Assembly (NCBI GenBank): GCA_037917625.1 | Contig: JAVCBY010000044.1 | Coordinates: forward strand, 1 to 42,214 | Direction: 5' to 3' | DNA: 42,214 nt | Source of the DNA: Thermoproteota archaeon | Lineage (GTDB): Archaea; Korarchaeota; Korarchaeia; Korarchaeales; Korarchaeaceae | Shown: one piece after another, positions 9,373-18,578 of the stretch | How the letters are laid out: each line of letters starts with the position of its first letter | How positions within the stretch are numbered: position 1 is the stretch's first letter | The notes under the pieces: model-generated | Told to the model about the DNA's origin: nothing | Seen by the model: the letters and a program-made list of their open reading frames with translations, nothing else | Database searches by the model: none | Made by a program: the position numbers and the translations under genes

Positions 9373-9987
9373 CTACCCTAGTTCCCTGATCACTACCTTT
9401 CCATTGGGGCTCTCCTCAGCGAAAACTAATGCTGAGAACCTGTAGACTTCAGTGCCCTCCGAGAGCCAGCAACCTGGACGCATCCAAGCCTTAATGCAAG
9501 TCTGATCCAAGAACTCCTCAGGGCTCCAGGAGTACTCAACAGCTACTTGTGGAAGGAGAAGCCCGGAAAAACGGTTTCTTCTCACTATTAACCCGTGCTT
9601 CCCTACAACTATGAGTTCTGGAAGCTCCTCTCTTCTGCTCACCATAGTGTCTATCCTCTCCGGTGGAGTGAGAACTGAGACTTCGACAGTGACCCTATCG
9701 ATCTCATCCTCGGATAGGGGAGGGAACCTGGGATCTTCGAATGCTGCTGCTAAAGCAGCTCTCACGACCGCCTTATATAGAGGGTATATGGGCTCCGGGA
9801 ACCCTATGCATCCCCTGAGCTCACCTTCTGGATATGTATTCAGAGTTACGAATGCGCCTGATTTCTCCTCAAGCTTCGGATATGGTGGCTTTATCTCCAA
9901 GATCTCCCTATTAGTGAAGAACGAGACTATGGACATCCTAGCTAGCCTGACTAAGAAGGAACCCTCATCTAGTTGGAGATGCATCAC
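9373..9987 (-). CDS. AMMECR1 domain protein
   Basis: GAFVTL...LRGCIG, AAFEDPRF, EVSVLT, GLLLPQV. Confidence 0.92.
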   Translation of the reverse strand: MMHLQLDEGSFLVRLARMSIVSFFTNREILEIKPPYPKLEEKSGAFVTLNTYPEGELRGCIGFPEPIYPLYKAVVRAALAAAFEDPRFPPLSEDEIDRVTVEVSVLTPPERIDTMVSRREELPELIVVGKHGLIVRRNRFSGLLLPQVAVEYSWSPEEFLDQTCIKAWMRPGCWLSEGTEVYRFSALVFAEESPNGKVVIRELG

Positions 9988-10029
9988 GAAATAAGATAGC
10001 CTAATAAATTAGCTTTACCCTTGTGACCT

Positions 10030-10716
10030 ATGCATATACCCAGGCTTCTGATAAACTTCAAGGCGTACATGGAGTCATCTGGCGATAGGGCGATTGAGAT
10101 ATCCAAGTCAGCTGAGAGGATCTGGAGGGAGACTGGAGTTCTGATAGGAGTATCCCCGAATATAATAGACCTTAGGCACGTCTCCTCCTCCGTTGAGATA
10201 CCGGTATTCGCTCAACACGTGGACCCTATACCAGCAGGCGCTTATACTGGGCACGTCCCTCCCAGCTTAGTGAAGGAAGCGGGTGCGAGAGGCTCCCTCC
10301 TAAATCATTCGGAGAGGCAGATCCCCTTGAGGCACATAGCTGAATCCATATATATGATGAGGGACTTGGGGCTTACCTCTATAGTTTGCTCACCGACTCC
10401 ACCCGAATCCGCTGCGATTGCTGCTTTATCACCAGATGCGGTAGCTGTGGAACCGCCTGAGCTCATAGGTAGCGGGATTCCCGTATCTAAAGCGAAGCCA
10501 GAGGTGATATTGAACTCACTGAGGTCCGTTAGATTGGTGAATTCAGCTATACCACTCCTCTGCGGCGCTGGTATATCGAGTGGTGATGATGTCAAAGCTG
10601 CTCTAGAACTAGGAAGCTACGGAGTCCTCGTGGCCTCAGCAGTAACGAAAAGCCCAGATCCTCAAAGAAAAATAAGGGAGTTAGCCGAGCCAATAGCTTC
10701 ATTCACTCGTGCCTGA
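10030..10716 (+). CDS. tpiA: Triosephosphate isomerase, archaeal type
   Basis: INFKAY, NHSER, AVEPPELIG, CGAGI, LVAS. Confidence 0.95.
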   Translation: MHIPRLLINFKAYMESSGDRAIEISKSAERIWRETGVLIGVSPNIIDLRHVSSSVEIPVFAQHVDPIPAGAYTGHVPPSLVKEAGARGSLLNHSERQIPLRHIAESIYMMRDLGLTSIVCSPTPPESAAIAALSPDAVAVEPPELIGSGIPVSKAKPEVILNSLRSVRLVNSAIPLLCGAGISSGDDVKAALELGSYGVLVASAVTKSPDPQRKIRELAEPIASFTRA

Positions 10717-11800
10717 ACTTCCCTTCCAATTTCTTCAGAACTTCCGGGAGCGTGGTATACTCCATCTCCTCCGGGCCCAGTCTGTGAGGCATGAAGGGGC
10801 CGTGCCTCCTCATGTAATCAGCTATAAAGTTAGCCACCCTTCTCGTCTCATCGAAAGCCACGTCTGAGAAGAGATCGCTAGGTCCTATGAGCTTCGAGTC
10901 CTTCACTTGGAATCCCAGAGCCACTATCCTAGGTGGACCATCGAACCTAGTCGGCCTCGCATCCCTCTCACTCACTGGCATCAGAGGACCTGCATGAGAA
11001 CCTCTCATCCATCCAGCCACTAAAAATGGGAAGGAGAATGGCTCAAGTATCTCACCCAGTGCTGGGAATCCTGCCTGAGCCCTCACTATCGCTACAGGAT
11101 CGTCCTTACCCACGTACTTTCCAGCTATTAAGCTGAGCCTAGTCGTGCTGATCGAAGCCGCTATTTCTCTATCCACCTTCCTGAAGACCCTCCTTATCAC
11201 ATACCTCGAGGGAGTCCCTATTATCGATAGTATATCGTACATATCCTCAGGGGAGGATAGCTCCACTACCTTGCTCTCAATGACGTCCATTATTTCGAAT
11301 ATGAACCCTGAGTGCAGCTTGGGATCTATAACGAGCCCAGCTGTGTTGAAGGGATCCGCGAATATCTTGAATATAGGCAGGTTGAAGGCTCCTGGCTCAG
11401 TTTTATCTGCCATGAAGACTACTATTGGATCGGAGGGCCTCTCCTCGAATTCCATCTCAGCTACTCCCGGCCCCATCCCCTTGAGATTCCCAGAGAAGGC
11501 ATCCTTGAGCAGATCCTGGCCCGCCCCATAAAGGCCCAGCTCCTTGGCTACATCAGCGCATTTCTTGAATATGTCCCAAGCGAGTCCATGCACCTCTGAA
11601 TTATCCACTCCCTTCCTATGCGTCATTATTAGTTGGAGATCGTCCCCAACAGAGGTAACATAAAAATCCTCTATAACTCTAGAGGATTTAGCTTCAGCTA
11701 GTTCACTCGCAGCAATCTCCTTGAGCTCGGGATGAACGATATGATGGCCCGCAAGACTCCCGATATCCGCTTTTATGACGGAGACTGTCGTTCTGACCAT
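10703..11800 (-). CDS. fbp: Bifunctional fructose-1,6-bisphosphate aldolase/phosphatase
   Basis: IKADIG..GH, LYGAGQDLL, DKTEPGAFN, YVGKDDP, RFDGPP, HGPFMPHRL. Confidence 0.95.
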   Translation of the reverse strand: MVRTTVSVIKADIGSLAGHHIVHPELKEIAASELAEAKSSRVIEDFYVTSVGDDLQLIMTHRKGVDNSEVHGLAWDIFKKCADVAKELGLYGAGQDLLKDAFSGNLKGMGPGVAEMEFEERPSDPIVVFMADKTEPGAFNLPIFKIFADPFNTAGLVIDPKLHSGFIFEIMDVIESKVVELSSPEDMYDILSIIGTPSRYVIRRVFRKVDREIAASISTTRLSLIAGKYVGKDDPVAIVRAQAGFPALGEILEPFSFPFLVAGWMRGSHAGPLMPVSERDARPTRFDGPPRIVALGFQVKDSKLIGPSDLFSDVAFDETRRVANFIADYMRRHGPFMPHRLGPEEMEYTTLPEVLKKLEGKFRHE

Positions 11801-11846
11801 GATCTCCCCTCTTCATTTCATCATCATAAAATAAAAATGTGAGGCA

Positions 11847-12482
11847 TTACTCGAACACTAGATATCCCCTTCTAGCTAAGATATCCCTGAGTTTATATAC
11901 AGCTCTCCTCACATCAGATTCCTTCTTAGCCCCCGTGCAAACGAGACTCCCTGAGGCGAATATTAGGAACACTACATCTGGATCTTTCATCCTGAAAATG
12001 AGCCCGGGGAATTGCTCAGGTTCATAAAGGGTATTTTCAAGCTCAAGAGCGAGCTTCTCTATATCCACTTTGACGTAAAGTTTAGCTGAGGCAACTATGT
12101 TCTCAGCTTTTATCAGGGGCCTACCTTTCACCTCTATCCCATGTTTTTGGAGCACTTCTATCGCTGCGTTTATGGCTTTAGCCGATTCCTCAACAGATTT
12201 CGTCCCAGTGCAGACGAACTTACCGCTGCTGAAAAGTAATAAGGCTGCTTTTGGTTCATCTATTTTTAAAACGAGTCCCGGGAATTTTTCTGGGTCATAC
12301 CTAGATTTCTTAATCCTCTTAGATATCTCATGAAGGTCCAACCTCTGCCTTATATCGGCCGAGGATACTACATTCTGTATAGCGATCTCCGGTTCTCTAA
12401 CACCCTTCAGAATTTTCTGAATCCTCTCTTCCTCTGAGATCGCCTCGGAAGAATTCCCCCTCTCATCACCCTCGAGGGACAT
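11847..12482 (-). CDS. tbp: TATA-box binding protein
   Basis: Two repeats: NVVSS...YDPEKFPGL...FSSGK.VCTG and NIVAS...YEPEQFPGL...FASG.LVCTG. Confidence 0.96.
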   Translation of the reverse strand: MSLEGDERGNSSEAISEEERIQKILKGVREPEIAIQNVVSSADIRQRLDLHEISKRIKKSRYDPEKFPGLVLKIDEPKAALLLFSSGKFVCTGTKSVEESAKAINAAIEVLQKHGIEVKGRPLIKAENIVASAKLYVKVDIEKLALELENTLYEPEQFPGLIFRMKDPDVVFLIFASGSLVCTGAKKESDVRRAVYKLRDILARRGYLVFE

Positions 12483-12591
12483 GATTTTTCACCATTCATC
12501 ACATTCCTATTTAAGGCACTGTAACCACTATATATAAGTAGGTGCTCAAGCGTATCTCAATTATTGGGGTTTCTTAGCGTATGCTCAGGGA

Positions 12592-13140
12592 CTAGGAATC
12601 CCTTCGAGGTTCATCGGATCTTAACTTCATCTCCTTCGAGTAATCGTATATCAGATAACCGATTATGAGGCCAGCTAACGCTAACTTCACCGGGAGTATC
12701 TGAAGCACCTCGAGGAAGTAGCCTATCCACGGCACCCTAAATAGTACGTTCCCCTTCTCATCCGTCAGGACCCTCCCGTATATATCTGAGGGCTTCCTAT
12801 ACCCTGGATCCGCTATCAGATTATTATCTCCCTTCGTATAAAAGATAGGTCCATCGGGCCCTCTCTCTACCTTAATTATCCTATGAACTACCATGTTCTC
12901 AGACCAGGGGACCCTGAAAACTATTATATCTCCCTCCTTAAGCTGGTAGGGGTCGCAACCCACGACTATTATGAAATCCCCAGGCTCTAAAGTGGGCCTC
13001 ATAGAACCTGATGTCACTACGGTGAACGGAGTAGGCACTCCTGAGATATTCGGGATTATCACTTGGAATATCATCAGGAATAATATCAGTATCGCGATTA
13101 AGGATATTATTTCTCTCTTTATAGATCTACCTCCACTCAT
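12592..13140 (-). CDS. sec11: Signal peptidase I, Sec11 type
   Basis: N-terminal TM helix, SGSM.P (Ser), VVHR (His), TKGDNN. Confidence 0.92.
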   Translation of the reverse strand: MSGGRSIKREIISLIAILILFLMIFQVIIPNISGVPTPFTVVTSGSMRPTLEPGDFIIVVGCDPYQLKEGDIIVFRVPWSENMVVHRIIKVERGPDGPIFYTKGDNNLIADPGYRKPSDIYGRVLTDEKGNVLFRVPWIGYFLEVLQILPVKLALAGLIIGYLIYDYSKEMKLRSDEPRRDS

Positions 13141-13141
13141 T

Positions 13142-13285
13142 TCAGATCGCCTTCACTACTTTCGGCTCCTCCTTCCTCACTTTCTTTAATATCCTATAAC
13201 CGCACCTAGGGCACTTGAAATCCTTGAAGTACTCCTCCATCTCCTCCTTAGTGAAGATGTACCCGCATCTCAGGCATTGGTACAA
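13142..13285 (-). CDS. rpoP: DNA-directed RNA polymerase subunit P (Rpo12), 47 aa
   Basis: Manual translation from TTG: MYQCLRCGYIFTKEEMEEYFKDFKCPRCGYRILKKVRKEEPKVVKAI; two CxxC; GGGGGATG SD; below ORF-track cutoff. Confidence 0.92.
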   Translation of the reverse strand: MYQCLRCGYIFTKEEMEEYFKDFKCPRCGYRILKKVRKEEPKVVKAI

Positions 13286-13328
13286 TCCAGCATCCCCCGA
13301 GCCTGAGTCAAGCTCACCTTTTTATATA

Positions 13329-14339
13329 TTACTTGACGGGTTGAGCAGCTTGCGAGACTTTCATGTACTCAGCTACCCTCCTCCTCAGTTCGTTCAGCTT
13401 CTCCTCACCTATCTCCTCGAGCCAATCGTTCCTAGCTCTCGATATCAACTCCTTATATCTGTTCCTAACTGTGACTTCCGTGACGTTAGCTGCTTGTGCT
13501 AACTCCCTCTGCGTCCTATGAAGCCCCAGCTCCTGACAAGCCATGTATACAGCTGCTGCCGCCACCCCAACTGGCTCTCTCCCCATTGTAGCTCCGTTCC
13601 TTTTCGCTATCTTTATTATCCTGATCGCTTGCGTCGCTACTTCCTCCGGTAGTGAGAGTTTAGATGCTATAAGATAGACGAAGTTCTCAGGCTTGGGTGG
13701 AGGGATCCGTATTCCTAATTTCCTGAAGAGGAACCTGAAGCTCCTCCCGATCTCCTTTTCCTCTAAAGCGAAGAATCTTGATATCTCCTCCAGAGTCTTT
13801 GGGACATCCGTCCTCCTACAGGCAGCGTAAATGACGGCAGCCACCATCGCATCCATGCTCCTTCCCTTAACGAGTCCGGCCCTAGCAGCCATCCTATAGA
13901 GAGTTGCTGCATCCTCTATCGTCTCCTGCGGAAGAACTAGGGAATCCGCTGCATCCCTTATCTTCCTAAGGGCTGGCTCTATCGTCTTCTCCTTAGAATC
14001 TGCAGCGTGCTTCTGTGCTCTCTTCAGTAGATTCACGGACTTCTTACTGGCCCCCTTAGTGAGAACTATATCCGTGTCTAGACCGAATCCAGGTCTTAGA
14101 GGCGTTATAGGAGCACCAGCATGAGCCCTCTCAATATATTCATCTGAATCGAAGGCTCTCCAATCCTTAGAGAAGTCCAACGCGCTTGAATCCAGTATCA
14201 ACCCGCAGTCCTGGCAGACTAGGTCCCCAGTATTTGGATCCTCAACAACATTCTTACTACCACATCTAGGGCACCTGATCTCCTCACCAGGAGGATCTGG
14301 GGCATCCCGCCCCTCGGGTTCCTTAAGCAGCTGACTCAC
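13329..14339 (-). CDS. tfb: Transcription initiation factor IIB (likely start GTG 14339)
   Basis: CPRC...CQDCG Zn ribbon, WRAF B-reader, two cyclin repeats, TEVTVRNRY; GGGGTG SD before GTG. Confidence 0.95.
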   Translation of the reverse strand: MSQLLKEPEGRDAPDPPGEEIRCPRCGSKNVVEDPNTGDLVCQDCGLILDSSALDFSKDWRAFDSDEYIERAHAGAPITPLRPGFGLDTDIVLTKGASKKSVNLLKRAQKHAADSKEKTIEPALRKIRDAADSLVLPQETIEDAATLYRMAARAGLVKGRSMDAMVAAVIYAACRRTDVPKTLEEISRFFALEEKEIGRSFRFLFRKLGIRIPPPKPENFVYLIASKLSLPEEVATQAIRIIKIAKRNGATMGREPVGVAAAAVYMACQELGLHRTQRELAQAANVTEVTVRNRYKELISRARNDWLEEIGEEKLNELRRRVAEYMKVSQAAQPVK

Positions 14340-14614
14340 CACCCCATTAGTATATTGCCGAATATGATCCGAAAGTATTATATATAAATCTTTCGTCAAG
14401 CTTATAGGTCGAGTGCACACCAGGAATAGTTTTTATATTTATCAGTTTATTCTATATAAAATTGACAAATAATTCGAATAAGATTATATAAATTTTTTAC
14501 TATATTGCACTCTATAATATTTTTTACCTAAAAATTAGCAGGTGGCCCGTCGAAGAAAGCCTAAGAGGGGCTTCGGTCGTAATGTTTTTAGATCGCTACT
14601 ATAACGGTAGGACG

Positions 14615-14688
14615 GCGGCCGTAGTCTAGCCTGGACAGGATGCCGGCCCTCCAAGCCGGAGACCCGGGTTCAAATCCCGGCGGCCGCA
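14615..14688 (+). tRNA. tRNA-Gly(UCC)
   Basis: GCGGCCG/CGGCCGC acceptor, CCGGC-CCTCCAA-GCCGG anticodon arm, GGTTCAAATCC. Confidence 0.95.
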
Positions 14689-14762
14689 TATAAGGCATCT
14701 CTCATGATTTAGCAACCCTAGGAATCATTTTAAGTGCTTAACATGCGATAATTGGGTGTTCC

Positions 14763-15104
14763 ATGGGGAAGGAAGTGGAAGATCTAGAGGGAGCTATCTC
14801 CTCAGCTGTGAAGGATTTAGCAAAATTTTATGGGTATTCATCCGAAAAATCGCTAAAATTTATATCAGATCTTACTATGGCTTTCCTCAAGGGGATCCTC
14901 TCGTCAAAGCAGAAGTTCCCGGAGCTCGCTGGGATGATGAAGGGGGATGATGAGTGGAGAGTAGTGGCCTTCTACGTGAAGAGAACGCCCACTTGTAACA
15001 GCCCGTGCTTCATCTCCCATGATCTGGAGGGAGTTATCAGGGAATACGGTTTCGGAAACTCACACTACATCGTCATGCTCAGGAAGATGTGTGAAGAGAA
15101 GTGA
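14763..15104 (+). CDS. Hypothetical protein
   Basis: 113 aa ORF with GGGTG SD and upstream TTTAAG TATA-like element; no family recognised. Confidence 0.65.
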   Translation: MGKEVEDLEGAISSAVKDLAKFYGYSSEKSLKFISDLTMAFLKGILSSKQKFPELAGMMKGDDEWRVVAFYVKRTPTCNSPCFISHDLEGVIREYGFGNSHYIVMLRKMCEEK

Positions 15105-15108
15105 GAGC

Positions 15109-16743
15109 TTGAGAGCCCAATTCTTGATAATTATGATAATAATTCAGTGCATTCCCGTATCTCCCGAGCACGATGGGGTCAGTGTCATAGTATCTGAGAG
15201 TTTAGCGAGCTTAATCCCGACGCTCCCACGCGTTAAGGAGGGAAATGTGAGAATTATATTAACAAGCAATGCCGAAAGACTGAAAAATATAATTTCTAAC
15301 TACGATATTTCATTTAATATAATACCTAAAGATGAATATGGTGATAAACTCATTGAAAAGTTAGATCCACATAAACTGGCTTATGCTCTCCTTTATGCAT
15401 CGGAATCCCTCAAAGAGATCTCGATACGAGACATACTTGCCCTGATTAATGACACTGATAAGTTTGAGGACAAATTCTCGAGGGGAAGAGATGTCTCCGT
15501 ATTATTCTACAGTTCAGATGGAATCGAATACTCCTTTCTAGCGAGTTACGCAGCTCTACTGAGGAATGCATCCCTTCTGGACGCTGAATCTAACTTCGAT
15601 CCCTCGCTCCTGAGGGACGTCTCATACGTCATCGTGGTGACGAGGCCCCTCACCAAGGATAACTATCAGAGGTACACACGTTTGCTGGAGATAATGACGA
15701 AAATAGATGATGACCCTTATATAGATGCTTCCTTCGGCTTGATCACTGGGAACTATATAGAGACACCTTTCCTCATGCTCTTAGCTAATGAGTTACTTCA
15801 GTTGCCCCGGGAGTTAGTTGGGATCTCCCTAGTGGAGGATCTCCCCCTCGCGAGGAAGGTCGAAAGAATCTCCTCTCTAATGGGCCTGCCCTCTAAGATC
15901 TACCACCCAGACTTAAGCTACTCAAACTTGACGGGAGATTTCGTCAGATCTTTGCTAAGGGGTAGGAGCATCATTTACTTATCGCTCCACGGGAACCCCT
16001 ACGTTATGGCCCTGAAATCTGATGGATATCCTGTTATCACAGCTTCTACTGTAAGGGGCTCTGCGATCCCCGGATCTATAATAATTACGCTCTCGTGCGA
16101 TACCCTCAAGTTCGAAGACCTGACAAACCCTGAGGAATCCGTTGCTTACTCCTTCCTGGACTCGGGTGCCCTCGCATATATAGGCTCGACTAGAGTGGAA
16201 TTCAGCATCAGCTCTGAGTTCGGGACTTCTTATCCGGATCTAATGTTAATGCTTCTGATGAATGGGGAGAGCTTGGGGGATGCAGTCAGGATAGTGAACA
16301 ACTTGCGCATAAGGGAATCGAGAGGTAAGCCCGATGATGGAGCTGCTAATGAGCTACTTTTAGGGGATCCTACCCTCAAGCTGAGGCCCAACGAACTTCC
16401 CTTCGAGGTGAGAGGTGAGGGAGGGATCTATCGGATAAGGATCATGAGTGAGACACCAACTATATTCTTGAGGGTACCTGAGAGAGGATCTCCTTCTATC
16501 AATTCTGATAAACCGAGTATATACTCAAATTGGTTCGAGGATGATGGAGGGACTTTCATATATATAACTACGCTATCGACCACTTACGCAGGTTACTTCA
16601 GCCCCGGAGATAAAGTTGAAGTTGAGATAAGAAAAATCGTTGATTTAATGAAGCTTCTGCCATACATCTCAATTCTAATAATAGTTTTGGTCACGATATT
16701 AGTTTTCTCCAAACTTCCCAGGGGATCCCGGTATTATTTATAA
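15109..16743 (+). CDS. Membrane-anchored peptidase C25 (gingipain-like) domain protein (likely start TTG 15109)
   Basis: Signal-like N-terminus, SLHGNP (His), LSCDT (Cys), GALAYIG, LLGDP, C-terminal TM helix. Confidence 0.72.
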   Translation: MRAQFLIIMIIIQCIPVSPEHDGVSVIVSESLASLIPTLPRVKEGNVRIILTSNAERLKNIISNYDISFNIIPKDEYGDKLIEKLDPHKLAYALLYASESLKEISIRDILALINDTDKFEDKFSRGRDVSVLFYSSDGIEYSFLASYAALLRNASLLDAESNFDPSLLRDVSYVIVVTRPLTKDNYQRYTRLLEIMTKIDDDPYIDASFGLITGNYIETPFLMLLANELLQLPRELVGISLVEDLPLARKVERISSLMGLPSKIYHPDLSYSNLTGDFVRSLLRGRSIIYLSLHGNPYVMALKSDGYPVITASTVRGSAIPGSIIITLSCDTLKFEDLTNPEESVAYSFLDSGALAYIGSTRVEFSISSEFGTSYPDLMLMLLMNGESLGDAVRIVNNLRIRESRGKPDDGAANELLLGDPTLKLRPNELPFEVRGEGGIYRIRIMSETPTIFLRVPERGSPSINSDKPSIYSNWFEDDGGTFIYITTLSTTYAGYFSPGDKVEVEIRKIVDLMKLLPYISILIIVLVTILVFSKLPRGSRYYL

Positions 16744-16766
16744 ATGAGTCAAGTTGACTTAAGTTG

Positions 16767-16841
16767 GCCCCGGTAGCTCAGCCCGGTCGGAGCGCCGCCT
16801 TGGTAAGGCGGAGGGCGCGGGTTCGAATCCCGCCCGGGGCT
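16767..16841 (+). tRNA. tRNA-Thr(GGU)
   Basis: GCCCCGG/CCGGGGC acceptor, CCGCC-TTGGTAA-GGCGG anticodon arm, GGTTCGAATCC. Confidence 0.95.
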
Positions 16842-16863
16842 TAATATAAAGAGGGGTGTTAAG

Positions 16864-17460
16864 GTGGTACTAGCGACAGCCCTGGGGCTCAGATTTGATG
16901 GGGGAGTCGTGCTAGCTGCAGATAGGAGAGTCTCCTATAATGGATTCATCTTAAGCAAGTCCGCTAGAAAGGTATTCCTGATAAATGAAAGAGTGGGCGT
17001 ATCTACAGCCGGTCTACCCGGTGACTTCCAGGAGCTAGTGGATGTCCTGAAGTATAATATAACTATGTATGAGCTTGAGAATGAGAAAGCTGCTACTCCA
17101 ACGAATGTCGCGAAGTTGCTCTCAATAATGCTTTATCAGGGGAGGTTCAGTGGAATATATTATGCTGAGCTCGTCGTCGGGGGGATAGATAATAGCGGTC
17201 CCAAGATATTCGTCTTAGACCCCGCTGGAGGCCTAATGGAGGAGAGCTTCTCAGCTGTGGGGAGCGGAGCTCAGATAGCGACGGGAATACTGGAGAGGTT
17301 CTTTAGGGAAGGTATGGGTGAGGATGAGGCCGTTGAGCTCGCTGAGAGGGCTATGAGGGAAGCTATATCTAGAGATGCCCTCTCCGGCGATGGCATAGAT
17401 CTCCTCATAATAACTAGTAAGGGGAGCAGGATGGAGTTCATACCCGTTAGGACAGCATGA
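16864..17460 (+). CDS. psmB: Proteasome beta subunit, probably non-catalytic
   Basis: GVVLAADRR, K, GG.D, GSG, RDALSGD; ATALG in place of TTTVG. Confidence 0.92.
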   Translation: MVLATALGLRFDGGVVLAADRRVSYNGFILSKSARKVFLINERVGVSTAGLPGDFQELVDVLKYNITMYELENEKAATPTNVAKLLSIMLYQGRFSGIYYAELVVGGIDNSGPKIFVLDPAGGLMEESFSAVGSGAQIATGILERFFREGMGEDEAVELAERAMREAISRDALSGDGIDLLIITSKGSRMEFIPVRTA

Positions 17461-17471
17461 GGAGATTTTGA

Positions 17472-18575
17472 ATGAGCCAAATAGATAGGGAGAGGTTGAA
17501 AAATATATTAATTGATCTAGTGGGGATAAAGAGCTTCAGGGGGAAGGAAGGAGAGCTCGTATACTACCTCCAGGATCTATTAGCTAGATATACTGATAAG
17601 GTTGTGCATCAACCCGTCAAGGACTGCGCTGGGAACTTAATAGCGTTCAAGAACCTGAAGGAAGATAATATCCTCTTCTTAGCTCACACAGACACATTTG
17701 AGCTCTATTCAGATTGGACTAGGAACCCATGGGGGGAGTTAGAGGGTGATACCTTCTATGGATTGGGAGCTTACGACGATAAGAGCACTTTAGCGGCGAT
17801 GATAGAAGCTATTATGAGCCTCCCAGAGGGTGAGGGGAAGGGAGTCGTATTAGCAGCTGTTTGCGATGCTGAAGGATTCAGTAGGGGGACTTATGAGCTC
17901 CTGAGGAGTAACTTGCTTCCGAAAGTGAGGGGGGCGATAGTCGCAGGGCCAACGAACATGAGGATATTCAGAGGAGCTTACGGGAGGTTCGTGTTCGATG
18001 TAGATGTCTCGGGGGTCTCATCTCTAGGGACGGAAGAGGCTGGTGTTAACGCCATAATAGAGGCTGCTAAGATAATACTTTGGGCTATAGAGCTTCCTAG
18101 AGTAGATGGTATAGGCGGAAGCGTCGCCCCTCTGACTATAAAGTCTCCTGAGCTGATAATAACTCATCCGGATAGATGCTTAGTCAGGTTAGATAGGCAC
18201 TATCCACCCGGCCAGGATCCCGGAGTGATAAGGAAGAAGTTCATGGAGTATCTTAGGAAGACACCGGAGCTCAAGGCTAAGATATCTATCTCCCTTATGA
18301 AGAGGCCAACTCCCTTCATGGAGCCCTATGAATTGCCTGAAAACGATGAGTTCGTGGAGTACATTCAGGGAGTTTGTAAGAGCGCGATCGGGAGGAGGCT
18401 CGAGACATCCGTCTATTGGACGGTATCCGATGCGAACTACTTGAGCAAGTTGGGAAACATAAAGGCAGTCATAATGGGACCATCAGGTGGAAATCACCAC
18501 TCCCCGGATGAATATGTGCATATACCTTCAGTTTACGCTCTCGCGGAGATATTGAGTGGGATACTGAGGGGTTAG
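17472..18575 (+). CDS. M20 (ArgE/DapE-like) metallohydrolase homolog with altered active-site motifs
   Basis: AHTDT, YGLGAYDDKS, GVNAI, SDA, GP.....HSPDE. Confidence 0.82.
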   Translation: MSQIDRERLKNILIDLVGIKSFRGKEGELVYYLQDLLARYTDKVVHQPVKDCAGNLIAFKNLKEDNILFLAHTDTFELYSDWTRNPWGELEGDTFYGLGAYDDKSTLAAMIEAIMSLPEGEGKGVVLAAVCDAEGFSRGTYELLRSNLLPKVRGAIVAGPTNMRIFRGAYGRFVFDVDVSGVSSLGTEEAGVNAIIEAAKIILWAIELPRVDGIGGSVAPLTIKSPELIITHPDRCLVRLDRHYPPGQDPGVIRKKFMEYLRKTPELKAKISISLMKRPTPFMEPYELPENDEFVEYIQGVCKSAIGRRLETSVYWTVSDANYLSKLGNIKAVIMGPSGGNHHSPDEYVHIPSVYALAEILSGILRG

Positions 18576-18578
18576 CTA

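Noticed and set aside
13142-13170. Suspected frameshift at the rpoP C-terminus
   Set aside because: Recount gives CCG AAA GTA GTG AAG GCG ATC TGA, a normal ending
14340-14420. N-terminal extension of TFB in the ORF track (similarly aIF-2 beta, gcvPA, carS)
   Set aside because: Extensions run through promoter sequence or the neighbouring gene; better-supported starts lie downstream
14689-16766. Integrated element between tRNA-Gly and tRNA-Thr
   Set aside because: No integrase and no duplicated tRNA 3' end seen
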